In this document: piece after piece, positions 45,941-55,889 of the stretch
Numbering within the stretch: position 1 is the stretch's first letter
How the letters are laid out: each line of letters opens with the position of its first letter
The notes under the pieces: model-generated
Told to the model about the DNA's origin: nothing
The model's input: only the letters and a program-made list of their open reading frames with translations
Databases searched by the model: none
Translations under genes and position numbers: made by a program
DNA from: Thermodesulfobacteriota bacterium
GTDB taxonomy: Bacteria; Desulfobacterota; Binatia; UBA9968; JAJDTQ01
DNA length: 64,000 bases
Direction of reading: 5' to 3'
Assembly: GCA_965116735.1 (NCBI GenBank)
Contig: OZ220712.1
Span: forward strand, 3,265,680 to 3,329,679

Positions 45941-46291
45941 GCTTCGCGTTCGTTGCTGAAGACACCGGACTCGGACGGCGAGCCCCGGTCAAGGAAGATA
46001 CGGAGTGGCGTGAACCTAGATGTCGTCAGTAGCCTCTATAAACCTCGTTTCCTTCCCCGCGCTTGCTCGGTGACGCCCGCCGTGTAGACGGAACGACGCT
46101 CCCGGAAAGGGAAAACCTCGATAGTCTGCCCGGTTGTTCCACGAAAACGCGGACTTATCGCACCGCACCGGATGAGTCTGCTTGCAGTCTGAGGAAAGGC
46201 AAACCTCTTTCAACTGCCGACCACGGACGGTCTATAGCACTCGCACCTTTACTTGTCAAAGAGAGCCAGTGTAAACCAGCGGTCTGCGTCG

Positions 46292-47383
46292 TTACGCAGC
46301 GAAATCGCGTAAATGACAAGCGGGACCAAACCTCTCGACGTTCCATCCTGAATCCGAATCAATCCGGCGTCGCAGCCGGACCGAACCAGTCAATATCGGT
46401 TGCTGTCGAAGTCGGACCTTGGATTCGCGTATTGTCCGATCGACCGTCCGATCTCTACGCTTCCCAGACTGCTTGGCAAGCCCGGCCTTTGATGTGGCGA
46501 AGGCATTTGGCGTTTGATTGAGAATACGGTCCACATCTCTCTTGGTCGGCAGGACCCTACCTCCTTTGCACCAAGGCGTCAGCACCGCGTACGGGTTAGG
46601 TTCCAACATAGTTCTCCAAACGCCAGCTTCATCGGCATTCTCTGACCCGTGGTGCGGCACCTTAAATACGGATGCTCTACCACTCGGTCGCTCGCGACTC
46701 TGCAGAATCTCGACCCAAGCACCCTTCTCCGAGTCTGAACCAAGAAGCAACTCCGTACCACCTACACTTATCCACAGCACGACAGCAACATCATTGGGGG
46801 ACACACTCGGAACCCGTGTCTTCGTGCTACCTGCGTTGGGGAACAAGGCACCAATTGATCTAAGAGAGTTACTGAATTCCGCGCTTCCAGGAGACAAGGA
46901 CCAAACCCGGCACCTTCCGCGGGAATAAATGCGCATGTTGGCCAGAGCGAACGTTGGTTGAGCGGCCCTGGATTGGAGTTGGGTGAGCACGGCATGAATC
47001 TCTCGAACACCGGAGCCGTCTATCGCGACGTCACGTCGCCCCCAGGCACCAACGGCGGTGAGAAATTCCTTGTCGCGTAATGCGGCAGCGCAACAGAAAA
47101 CGGCCTCTTTGCAAACCTCAACCACCCTTGACATCCCGCGTATGTGATCATCGTGCCAATGGGTAGCGACTACTAGGCCGACGGCCTGCGAGGGGTCTAC
47201 ACCGAGACTCCGCAAGTAACCTAACGCTCGTGGGTAGCCATCGCGGTCGATACAGGAGTCAACAATGACCCAGTTGCCATCGCCGATATGAAGAACCACG
47301 CTCTCCCCATACCCGGGGCCAACGAGTGTAACCTCTAGCTCGTCTCGGTCCGGCTGCGTACCGACGCTTGCAGACTCTGTCAC
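46292..47383 (-). CDS. metallo-beta-lactamase-fold protein (ComEC-like MBL: HxHxDH and PHHGS motifs)
   Basis: ATHWHDDHIRG and KVPHHGSENAD motifs; proposed GTG start forms a GTGA overlap with the upstream gene's stop. Confidence 0.65.
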   Translation of the reverse strand: MTESASVGTQPDRDELEVTLVGPGYGESVVLHIGDGNWVIVDSCIDRDGYPRALGYLRSLGVDPSQAVGLVVATHWHDDHIRGMSRVVEVCKEAVFCCAAALRDKEFLTAVGAWGRRDVAIDGSGVREIHAVLTQLQSRAAQPTFALANMRIYSRGRCRVWSLSPGSAEFSNSLRSIGALFPNAGSTKTRVPSVSPNDVAVVLWISVGGTELLLGSDSEKGAWVEILQSRERPSGRASVFKVPHHGSENADEAGVWRTMLEPNPYAVLTPWCKGGRVLPTKRDVDRILNQTPNAFATSKAGLAKQSGKRRDRTVDRTIRESKVRLRQQPILTGSVRLRRRIDSDSGWNVERFGPACHLRDFAA

Positions 47384-47979
47384 TCGTCGAAGACCGCCCT
47401 GGTCTTCCGCGCCCACTCCTCGGCCTCCTGAACGTCTTTCTTTGTGAAAGCGGGAAGGTCGCGGAATACGATACGAGAAACCCGTTCCTTCGTGCCCACA
47501 ACCGAACGGCTGTATCCGATGACCCAACGAAAGACGCTTCCAAGTTGCAACTTGGCCACATCGGTCTCCGATAGCTCTTCCAAGGGTATTACTGCTTCTT
47601 CCCCTGCATAGGCCGCCCCTGCCGTCACGTCTAGGAGATTAGCGGTGATGTCCTCGTCTCTAATCTCAGTGACATAGCCTTCCCACTCCTGGATCGCGTA
47701 GAGGGTCGGAGAAGGGTTCTGGGGTGGTCGTGGAGGTAAGAGTTCGACGACCTTGGCAAGTTGTGGGTCGCTCTGTTCACTACCGGTTAACGGAGACAAA
47801 TCTGCCGCTTCCATCTGGGGGTAGCGGGCCCTCGTTGTCGCAACGTCCCTCCCCTGGGCCAATACTGCGCCAACAGTCTCGTCCATGTTCTTGACGAGGT
47901 CTTCGATTGTCGCGTCGCGATCAAGACTACCGACATCGTCGACCGCCCTCGCCGTAGTCAGTTGAGCCGTCTGTGGCAC
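47380..47979 (-). CDS. hypothetical protein (acidic, 199 aa)
   Basis: Middle gene of a three-gene minus-strand cassette; no recognisable motif. Confidence 0.5.
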   Translation of the reverse strand: MPQTAQLTTARAVDDVGSLDRDATIEDLVKNMDETVGAVLAQGRDVATTRARYPQMEAADLSPLTGSEQSDPQLAKVVELLPPRPPQNPSPTLYAIQEWEGYVTEIRDEDITANLLDVTAGAAYAGEEAVIPLEELSETDVAKLQLGSVFRWVIGYSRSVVGTKERVSRIVFRDLPAFTKKDVQEAEEWARKTRAVFDE

Positions 47980-47995
47980 CTATCTATACCTCCCT

Positions 47996-48685
47996 CTAAT
48001 CTGCCAAAGCCATGACGTGATCAATCAGATCCTCACTTCGCTTCAACGAAGCTTCGAAGTTGTCCTCTAGTAAACCAATCAAATGCGCCGCAGAGTTCGG
48101 GCTGTCGTTGTCGCTGGCATAGTGATCATTGACAGCCACATAGACCCCTGTGCGCCCCTCGCCAATCCGCGTGGACGGCTCCACCTTGACATTAATGCTA
48201 CCACCCTTTGGCCTTCCTTGGGGATCGATTTGCGACATCGTGAGTGACGTCATGCCTCCTTGCATTCCGTCCAAGCCGAGAGCTTCCCTCCAATCACCCC
48301 AAGGTTCCACGGGAGCTAAGGTCCTACCTATCTTATCTCTAACGCTTAAACCCTGTACTTGGAAATGAACCTCTCGGTTGATCCCGAACCCCGTAAGGGG
48401 CGTGTTAGGTAGAATTTCGTTGAACACGCGCGAGCTTAGATCTCGCAGCCGAATGTAGGGTGCCTGTAAAGTCTCGCACTTGAACCGTTCTGTCGTCACG
48501 TCGACACGGAGCCAATCAACGGAGAATACGGTGAGCCCTTGGTGGGCTACCTGCAACTGTGCAACCACTTCCGCACCCTTCGGCAAGAGGTCGTGCAACG
48601 TAAACCAAGCCGGGGTGAATATCGCTGGGTTAAACTTACCCACCAGGATGATGTTCACACCGCTTATCTCTGGCGTTATGCGCAT
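47996..48685 (-). CDS. hypothetical protein (~229 aa)
   Basis: First gene of the cassette (MRITPEISGVNIILVGKFNPAIF...); no recognisable motif; lower GC than the core genes. Confidence 0.5.
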   Translation of the reverse strand: MRITPEISGVNIILVGKFNPAIFTPAWFTLHDLLPKGAEVVAQLQVAHQGLTVFSVDWLRVDVTTERFKCETLQAPYIRLRDLSSRVFNEILPNTPLTGFGINREVHFQVQGLSVRDKIGRTLAPVEPWGDWREALGLDGMQGGMTSLTMSQIDPQGRPKGGSINVKVEPSTRIGEGRTGVYVAVNDHYASDNDSPNSAAHLIGLLEDNFEASLKRSEDLIDHVMALAD

Positions 48686-48841
48686 ATGGCCCATCCAACT
48701 TGGTCGCAACCGCAGCTAACCAATCGTAACCGTTATCTGTGACTTCGCGAAACTGGTTCCATATCACACCCGTTACCGCAGCGTCGAGAACGCGCAAACA
48801 ACTTTTAAAAAGAAATCGATGGGCAAGGAGAGAACACCCTA

Positions 48842-49990
48842 GTGTACTGTCCCACAAATAACTAGTATAATAATGGGCAACCCCCCAAAAGGAGGATGCC
48901 CATGCCGCGTGGTCGCCCGGTTAAGCCTGTGGTTCTGGCGGAGGAAGAGAAAGCCCAACTTGTCAGTCTTGCCAACTCTCGCTCCCTGCCGCACGGGTTG
49001 GTGCGGCGGGCGCAAATCGTTCTTGCCTGTGCAGAAGGAGAGTCCAACAGCTCTATTGCCGGGCGCATGCGCGTGAACAAGGCAACGGTCGCCAACTGGC
49101 GCAAGCGCTATCTCATGGGCGGCATCGAGGGCCTGCACGATGAACTGGGTCGGGGGCGCCACAGGACCTATGAAGATGAACGGGTGGCCACAACCCTCAA
49201 CGCCGCACTGCAAAGCAAACCACGCGACGGTTCCAGCCATTGGAGCGTGCGTGCGCTGGGCGAGGAAACCGGCATTTCCAAGAGTACCGTGCAACGGTGG
49301 TTCAACCTGTTCAGCATCCAACCCCACCGCCAGCGTCACTTCAAACTCTCCAACGATCCCTTCTTCGTCGAGAAAGTGCGCGATATCGTGGGACTTTATC
49401 TCAACCCGCCCGACCATGCCGTGGTCCTGTGCGTCGATGAAAAAACCCAGGTCCAAGCCCTCAACCGCACTCAACCCATGCTGCCCATGGGATTGGGGTA
49501 CGTCGAAGGGGTCACCCATGATTACGTCCGCCACGGCACCACCACCCTGTTCGCCGCCCTTGACATTGCTACCGGCCGAGTCATCGCCCAGTGCAAAAAA
49601 CGCCATCGTCACCAGGAGTTCCTTACCTTCCTCAACCACATCGATGCCAACGTCCCCGAACCTTTCGACGTCCATCTCATCGCTGACAACTATGCTACCC
49701 ACAGACATCCAAAGGTCAGAGCCTGGCTCGCTAAACGCCCCCGCTACCACATCCACTTTACACCCACCTATGCCTCATGGCTCAATCAAGTCGAACGCTG
49801 GTTCGGCCTCATCACCCAGATGGCCATCCGCCGCGGCTCCTTCTCCAGCGTCTCCCAACTCGTCCAGAAAATCCGACTCTTCGTCCAAAACTACAACCGC
49901 AATGCCGCTCCCTTCATGTGGACCGCCACCGCTGACTCCATCCTTGCCAAGGTCCAACGTCTTTGCTCATATATTTGCGGGACACGACAC
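48842..49990 (+). mobile_element. IS630-family insertion sequence (intact, TA target-site duplication)
   Basis: Imperfect TIRs gtgtactgtcccacaaat / atttgcgggacacgacac; flanked by TA at 48840-41 and 49991-92; single DDE transposase ORF. Confidence 0.8.
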
Positions 49991-49993
49991 TAG
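48896..49993 (+). CDS. IS630-family DDE transposase
   Basis: 365 aa; N-terminal HTH (VRRAQIVLACAEGESNSSIAGRMRVNKATVANWRKRY) and DDE region (VLCVDEKTQVQ...LIADNYATH...SWLNQVERWF); stop TAG uses the flanking target TA. Confidence 0.85.
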   Translation: MPMPRGRPVKPVVLAEEEKAQLVSLANSRSLPHGLVRRAQIVLACAEGESNSSIAGRMRVNKATVANWRKRYLMGGIEGLHDELGRGRHRTYEDERVATTLNAALQSKPRDGSSHWSVRALGEETGISKSTVQRWFNLFSIQPHRQRHFKLSNDPFFVEKVRDIVGLYLNPPDHAVVLCVDEKTQVQALNRTQPMLPMGLGYVEGVTHDYVRHGTTTLFAALDIATGRVIAQCKKRHRHQEFLTFLNHIDANVPEPFDVHLIADNYATHRHPKVRAWLAKRPRYHIHFTPTYASWLNQVERWFGLITQMAIRRGSFSSVSQLVQKIRLFVQNYNRNAAPFMWTATADSILAKVQRLCSYICGTRH

Positions 49994-50853
49994 CGATTTC
50001 CCATCATCATGCTGGTGATGCGCTCCAGGTCGTCCTGTGAATAGTACTCGATTTCCAGCTTTCCCTTGTCGTCGCTGGCCCGGTGCATGAGCCTCACCCG
50101 GGTGCCGAGACGGCGCTGCAATGTTTCGACCAGGTTCGACAGGTCGGGATCCAACCGGTCGCTCGACTTGATGCGCCGCGGCTTGTTCAATCGCCGGACC
50201 AGGGCCTCGGTATCGCGCGTCGAAAGGTCCTTGCCCATGACCTCCCGTGCCGCCGCCGGCAGCATGGACTTGTCGTTGAGCCCCAGGAGCGCCCGGGCCT
50301 GCCCGGCGGCCAGCTTGCCGGCGGCGACGTGCTCCTTGATCTGGTCGGGCAGGGACAGGAGTCTCAGCGAGTTGGCGACCGCCGGCCGGCTCCGGCCCAC
50401 CTTCTCGGCCACCTGTTCCTGGGTCAGGTGGAACTGCTCCTGCAGCTCGGCAAACGCGGCCGCTTCCTCGATGGGGTTCAGGTCCTCGCGTTGAAGGTTC
50501 TCGATCAGGGCCAGCAACAACGAGTTCGGGTCGGGGGTTTCATGAATGATAATAGGTACTTCCGAGAGCCCGAGCCTGCGCGCGGCACGCAACCGGCGCT
50601 CGCCGGCGATCAACTCGTAACCGGTGGCGGTGGTGCGGACCACCAGGGGCTGCAGCATGCCGCTGGCCTCGATGGAGCTTGCCAGCTCGTCTATCTTCTC
50701 ATCGTCGAAAACCTGGCGCGGCTGGTTCGGGTTCGGGACGATCAACGAGGGGTGGACCGATGTGGGCGGGTTTTCCGCGGGCGAATCCTCCACGACGGGT
50801 TCGCTCCCTGGAAGCAGGGCATCGAGACCCCGGCCCAGTCTATTCTTCTGCAT
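49990..50853 (-). CDS. parB: chromosome partitioning protein ParB/Spo0J
   Basis: 287 aa; GERRLRAA box and HTH; the stop codon coincides with the IS630 target TA. Confidence 0.9.
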   Translation of the reverse strand: MQKNRLGRGLDALLPGSEPVVEDSPAENPPTSVHPSLIVPNPNQPRQVFDDEKIDELASSIEASGMLQPLVVRTTATGYELIAGERRLRAARRLGLSEVPIIIHETPDPNSLLLALIENLQREDLNPIEEAAAFAELQEQFHLTQEQVAEKVGRSRPAVANSLRLLSLPDQIKEHVAAGKLAAGQARALLGLNDKSMLPAAAREVMGKDLSTRDTEALVRRLNKPRRIKSSDRLDPDLSNLVETLQRRLGTRVRLMHRASDDKGKLEIEYYSQDDLERITSMMMGNR

Positions 50854-51622
50854 GGCTTGACTCCTTTCGGCCCATCAATTCGGCGGCGAGGTTGAGGTAG
50901 CTCTGGGCTCCCGTGGAGCGGGCGTCGTAGAGCAGCGCCGGCCTTCCGTGGCTGGGACTCTCGCTCAGACGAACGTTTCGGGGGATGACGGTCGTGAAGA
51001 CGCCGTCGGGGAAATGGCCGCGAACGTCCTCGGCCACCTGGGCGGAGAGATTACTGCGGCTGTCGTACATGCAGAGGACCACCCCCTCGAACCGGAGGTC
51101 TTGATTGTACGAGGTCTGGACGCGCTTCATGGTGTCCAGCACCGCGGTGAGGCCTTCGAGGGCGTAGTACTCGCACTGAAGCGGCACCAGCAGGGAATCG
51201 GCCGCCGCCAAAGCATTGAGAGTGAGCAGGCCCAGGGAAGGGGGACAATCCAGCAGGATGTAGTCGAACCGGTACCGCACCGTCTCCAGCGCTTGCCTCA
51301 GGCGCCCGATGCGGTTCTCCATGTCGATCATGTGAATTTCGGCGCTGACTAGGTCGCGGTTGGCGGGCAAGAGGAACAGTGAAGGCATCTCCGTGGCGCA
51401 CAGCGCCTCGGTGACGAAACAGTTCTCGAGCATCACGTCGTAGATGCTCTTGTTCAGAGACCTCGGGTCGACCCCGAAACCGGTCGTGCTATTACCCTGC
51501 GGGTCCATGTCCACGATCAGGGTCCTCTTCGCGGCGTCGGCCAGGGACGCGCCGAGGTTCACCGCCGTGGTGGTCTTCCCGACTCCTCCCTTCTGGTTGG
51601 CTATGGCGATGATTTTACCCAA
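50840..51622 (-). CDS. parA: chromosome partitioning ATPase ParA/Soj
   Basis: 260 aa; deviant Walker A KGGVGKTTTAVNL. Confidence 0.9.
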   Translation of the reverse strand: MGKIIAIANQKGGVGKTTTAVNLGASLADAAKRTLIVDMDPQGNSTTGFGVDPRSLNKSIYDVMLENCFVTEALCATEMPSLFLLPANRDLVSAEIHMIDMENRIGRLRQALETVRYRFDYILLDCPPSLGLLTLNALAAADSLLVPLQCEYYALEGLTAVLDTMKRVQTSYNQDLRFEGVVLCMYDSRSNLSAQVAEDVRGHFPDGVFTTVIPRNVRLSESPSHGRPALLYDARSTGAQSYLNLAAELMGRKESSHAEE

Positions 51623-51702
51623 AAGTCTTTTATTTTCAATAAGTTATAGAACGGGCGCCGTTACTGTTTCTTAGCATTTCCGAACACGGAAAGGAAGGCC
51701 AA

Positions 51703-51718
51703 TGTTTCACGTGAAACA
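51703..51718. promoter_or_regulatory. parS centromere-like site (perfect tgtttcacgtgaaaca)
   Basis: Exact match to the 16-bp palindromic parS consensus, ~80 bp upstream of parA. Confidence 0.7.
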
Positions 51719-51762
51719 TGAGCCGGTTGTTATGCCACGCAAGCCCTCGGAGAATACGGCTA

Positions 51763-51930
51763 GTGTGGTGTCTGGTTAATTCGCAGCATAATATGCGGAA
51801 GATTTTTCGTCGTCGGCAAGGCGCGATGACGAGTGGGGGCGACCGTAGGTCGCCCCAGGGCGGGCACCACGCGAGGAAGAGCAACGCAGCCGACGGCGAA
51901 AAAGACCCATATATTATGTGATGATCTCAC
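51763..51930. mobile_element. MITE copy with truncated/degenerate right end
   Basis: Left TIR tagtgtggtgtctggttaattcgc plus the conserved core (with a 26-nt hairpin insertion); right arm diverges after cccatatattatg at the junction with the integrase island. Confidence 0.45.
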
Positions 51931-52197
51931 TCCGATTCCCACTATTCTCGGCTAGCGGACAAGCGCTGCCATGTCAAGTCCTGCCACGACGACCCTACAA
52001 TAAGGCCATATATTACAATAGTTTATAATCGACTCCGAAAGACTCAAGCTCCTGAGCTGTTCGGTCAAACGGCGCCAGCCGATAACTTCGGCACTCCATG
52101 ATGCGGTTGCAGTGGATTGCGTTTCGATTACGGTCCTGATAGGATTTTTTCGGCTTCGCGGCTTCGGTCCAGCTTCGAGGCCGGAGAAAATCCACCC

Positions 52198-53373
52198 ATG
52201 CGCCAACCCGTCAAGCTTACCAAGCGCGCCGTCGATGCGCTCGCCGCGGAATCGGGCGACACCGTGGTCTGGGACCGGGACCTTCCGGGTTTCGGCATCA
52301 GGGTGTATGCCTCGGGCCGCAAGGTCTGGTGCGTGCAGACCCGCGGACCGGCCGGGGGGCCGAAGCGCTTCGCGCTGGGCCGATACGGCAATCTGACACC
52401 GGACGACGCCCGACGCAAGGCGGCGGTGGCCATCGACCGCATCAAGCAGGGGCTTGAGCCTGCCCCACCGCCCGTGGCGCCCGAGCCCACGGTGGCGGAT
52501 CTTGCCGAGCGCTACATGGAGGCCCATGTCCGGGTGAACTGCCGGCCCGCGACGGTGGAGACCTTCGGGCGCCTTCTGCGGCTGTACGTGGTGCCGGAGC
52601 TGGGCCACCTTGGGCTCTCGGAGGTGGACCGTCCCCAGGTCTCCGAGTTGCATCACAAGCTCCGGGAGAAGCCGTACCAGGCGAACGCGGCGGTGGGGGT
52701 GCTGGCGAACATGTTCCGGCTTGCGGAAGCGTGGGGGATGACGCCGCCGCGGCGCAATCCGTGCCGGTCGGTGCGGCGCTACAGGGAGGCGCGCCGCGAG
52801 CGGTTCCTCACGCCCGAAGAGTACCGCGAGCTGGGCCGGGTGCTCGACGAGGCGGAAGCCGACGGCACGGTGTTCCCGCCGGCGATCCCCGCGCTCCGTC
52901 TGCTGCTGCTCACGGGCTGCCGCCGGAACGAGGTCCTGACGCTCAGGTGGGACGACGTGGACCACGCGGCGGGGGAGCTTCGGCTGAGGGACGGCAAGAC
53001 GGGATGGCGCAGCGTGCCGCTCACGCCGGCGGTGGAGGCGGTGCTTGCGGGGATACCGCGGACGAAGGACGACCCGTGGGTGATCGCCGGACGGAAGCCC
53101 GGAACGCGCCTCACGAACCTGGATGCCATCTGGATGAGGCTCCGCAGGCGGGCGGGGCTCGACGACGTGCGTCTCCACGACTGCCGTCACTCGTACGCGT
53201 CGCGGGCGCTGGCTTTGGGCGAAGGGCTTTCGATGATAGGCGCGCTGCTGGGTCATTCGAAGGTGGGGACGACAGCGCGCTATGCGCACCTGGCGCGGGA
53301 CACGGAGAAGGCTTCGGCCGCCCGGGTCGGGGGCAGCATCGGGGCGGACATCCTGCCGCCGGGCGCGGTTTGA
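52198..53373 (+). CDS. tyrosine-type site-specific integrase (P4-like, DUF4102 N-domain)
   Basis: 391 aa; conserved R...HDCRHSYAS...LLGH...ARYAHL catalytic motifs. Confidence 0.85.
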   Translation: MRQPVKLTKRAVDALAAESGDTVVWDRDLPGFGIRVYASGRKVWCVQTRGPAGGPKRFALGRYGNLTPDDARRKAAVAIDRIKQGLEPAPPPVAPEPTVADLAERYMEAHVRVNCRPATVETFGRLLRLYVVPELGHLGLSEVDRPQVSELHHKLREKPYQANAAVGVLANMFRLAEAWGMTPPRRNPCRSVRRYREARRERFLTPEEYRELGRVLDEAEADGTVFPPAIPALRLLLLTGCRRNEVLTLRWDDVDHAAGELRLRDGKTGWRSVPLTPAVEAVLAGIPRTKDDPWVIAGRKPGTRLTNLDAIWMRLRRRAGLDDVRLHDCRHSYASRALALGEGLSMIGALLGHSKVGTTARYAHLARDTEKASAARVGGSIGADILPPGAV

Positions 53374-53394
53374 GGCGGAGGGAGGGAGCGGTCC

Positions 53395-54642
53395 ATGGCA
53401 AAGCTCACCACGGCGACGATTTCGAAGCGAACGGTGGAGGCGCTGACGGTGGAGAAGGACACGGTCTACTGGGACCCGGAGCTTTCGGGCTTCGGGGTTC
53501 GCGCCTATCCTTCGGGGAGCAAGTACTACGTGGTGCAGACCCGCGCCAACGGCAAGGCGGCGAAGCGGGTGACGGTGGGCCGGCACGGGATCGTGACGGC
53601 GGAGGAGGCGCGCAGGCGGGCGGCGCTGATCATCGCGCGCATCAAGGCGGGAGAGGAGCCGCTGGCGGAGCCGGCGGCGGTGGCCTGTGGTCCCACGGTG
53701 GGGGAGATTGCGCGGCGGTGGCTTGAGGAGCACGTGGCGGTGCGGTGCAAGCCCAGGACGGTGGAGATGTACACGCTGATCGTCCGCAAGCACCTGCTGC
53801 CCGCACTCGGCAGGGCGCCGGCACTGGCGGTGGATCACAGGCGGGTGACGGAGCTGCACCACTCGATGCGCGGGACGCCGTCCATGGCGAACCGGACGGT
53901 GGAGGCGCTGTCGCGCATCTGGAACTCTGCGGAGGACCGGGGGGAGTTGCCGGAGGCGAGCAACCCGTGCCGGGTGGTGATGAAGAACCGCGAGCGCGGG
54001 CGCGAGCGGTTCCTGAGCGAGGAGGAGTTCCGCCGGCTGGGGCGGGCGCTGGCGGAGGCGGAGACAGGGAGGGAAATGTCGGCGCACGCGGTGGCGGCGA
54101 TCCGGCTGCTGCTGCTCACGGGGCTGCGGCGGAACGAGGTGCTGGGGCTCCGCTGGCGGGACGTGGACCTCGATGCGCGCGAGATCAAGCTCGAAGACTC
54201 CAAGACCGGCGCGAGGGTGGCGCCGCTTTCGCCGGAAGCGGCTCAAGTGCTAGCCGGCATTCCGCGCGTGGAGCGGAACCCGCACGTGATTCTGGGGAGG
54301 AAGCCGGGCACGCGCCTGCGCAACCTGAACGACTCCTGGGACCGTATCCGCAAGCGCGCGGGGCTGGAGGACGTGCGGCTCCACGACTGCCGCCACTCGT
54401 TCGCGTCCAGGGCGCTGGCGCTCGGCGAAGGGCTGACCATGATCGGGAAGCTCCTGGGTCACACGAAGGTGGAGACCACCGCGCGGTACGCGCATCTGGC
54501 GCGGGAGTCGGTGCGCGAGTCCGCCATCCGCGTCTCCGACAGCATCGCAGCCGACATCCTGAAGGGATACCCTGGTTCGTGCGGCGGACGTTGGTGCAGT
54601 CGCTCGGGAGTTCTTTGTGAAGGTGCTGGAGCAGGCGCGTGA
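53395..54642 (+). CDS. tyrosine-type site-specific integrase (tandem paralog; C-terminal tail replaced by IS fragment sequence)
   Basis: Same motif set (HDCRHSFAS, LLGHTKVETTARYAHL); the last ~25 aa read into an IS5-family remnant. Confidence 0.8.
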   Translation: MAKLTTATISKRTVEALTVEKDTVYWDPELSGFGVRAYPSGSKYYVVQTRANGKAAKRVTVGRHGIVTAEEARRRAALIIARIKAGEEPLAEPAAVACGPTVGEIARRWLEEHVAVRCKPRTVEMYTLIVRKHLLPALGRAPALAVDHRRVTELHHSMRGTPSMANRTVEALSRIWNSAEDRGELPEASNPCRVVMKNRERGRERFLSEEEFRRLGRALAEAETGREMSAHAVAAIRLLLLTGLRRNEVLGLRWRDVDLDAREIKLEDSKTGARVAPLSPEAAQVLAGIPRVERNPHVILGRKPGTRLRNLNDSWDRIRKRAGLEDVRLHDCRHSFASRALALGEGLTMIGKLLGHTKVETTARYAHLARESVRESAIRVSDSIAADILKGYPGSCGGRWCSRSGVLCEGAGAGA

Positions 54643-55318
54643 GGCGCGGCTTTAGTCGGATGAGCACTTCAGCGTGGACGGGACGTTGCTGGAGGCGTGG
54701 GCGTCGATGAAGTCGTTTCGTCCCAAGGGAGGAAACGGACCGGGCGGTGGTGGACGCAATGCCGAGGCAGACTTCCGGGGTGAGAAGCGCAGCAATGCAA
54801 CCCATGAGTCGAGCACCGACCCGCAGGCCCGGCAGTACCGCAAGAGCAAGGGGCAGGAAGCGAAGTTGTGCTACCTGGGGCATGCTCTGATGGACAACCG
54901 CCATGGACTGATTGTGGACACGCGCACCACCCAAGCCAGCGGCCGGGCTGAGCGGGAGTCGGCACTGGCCATGCTGGAGGCGCGACCCGGCAAGGGTCGG
55001 CTCACCGTGGGTGCGGACAAGGGGTACGATACCAAAGACTTTATCGAGGGGTTGCGCTGGGTGAACGTGAGTCCTCACGTGGCGCAGAACGACAGCAACC
55101 GGCGTTCGGCCATTGACCGCCGCACCACCTGTCACCCGGGCTACGCTCACAGCCAGCGGGTGCGCAAGCGGATCGAGGAGGCCTTCGGCTGGGCCAAGAC
55201 CGTCGGCGGGTTGCGCAAACTCAGGCATCGGGGGTTACCCAAAGTGGACTTCCAGTTCACCCTGACCTTCGCTGCCTACAACCTGGTGCGGCTGCGCACC
55301 CTGGGAGTCCGAACGTGA
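54575..55318 (+). pseudogene. IS5/IS1182-family transposase fragment (C-terminal part, frame-disrupted)
   Basis: ...FFVKVLEQAREARL*SDEHFSVDGTLLEAWASMKSF... with a stop/frame break; downstream 214-aa ORF is the DDE C-terminal region; element 3' end near 55440-55475. Confidence 0.6.
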
Positions 55319-55889
55319 GCATGCTTGCGGTGGCCGCGTACGTCCGCGCCACGGTCTCGGCCATCGAAAGGACCGCGAACGAGCTCCGTCCCAACCCCTC
55401 CCGTGTTCTGTTCTCTCCCCGTCGCCCACCGCGCCACTTACCAATCCTCAAATCCGTGGGTTTTCCCACGGCCTGCTAAAGCAGAATCCTTCCAATCAAA
55501 ACCAGGGCAAGGATAACGCCAAGCAGCCTCGGAAGGAAGAATACAGGAGGATGCCCCAAACACAATCCATTGATTTTCGCGGCGGAGAGGGGCGAATCTC
55601 CGCCCCGTCTACTCCTTCACCATTTTCAGGTTCCCATCTTTCAGGTTCTGACTCATAAGCTTTAGAGTTGCGATGAAGGCAGGATCGTTCCTATCGCCCG
55701 GAACAACGAGCGTTGTGTTGAGTGAGAAGTCCGGCAATAGGAATACGGCTGTTACTCGATTCCGACAGTGGGGATGGCACCCGGCTCACCGCGATCATGT
55801 TCGGAGCAGAATGACGTCCCCGACGGACGAGTCCACGACGCGGAAGTAAAAGGTGCTTGGCGAACAACTGGAAGAAGCAATCGTACCGC

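Noticed and set aside
51930-52198. tRNA gene as integration target upstream of the integrase
   Set aside because: No cloverleaf-compatible sequence (no GTTCGAATC-like T-arm or CCA context) found by eye on either strand; the boundary instead coincides with a truncated MITE
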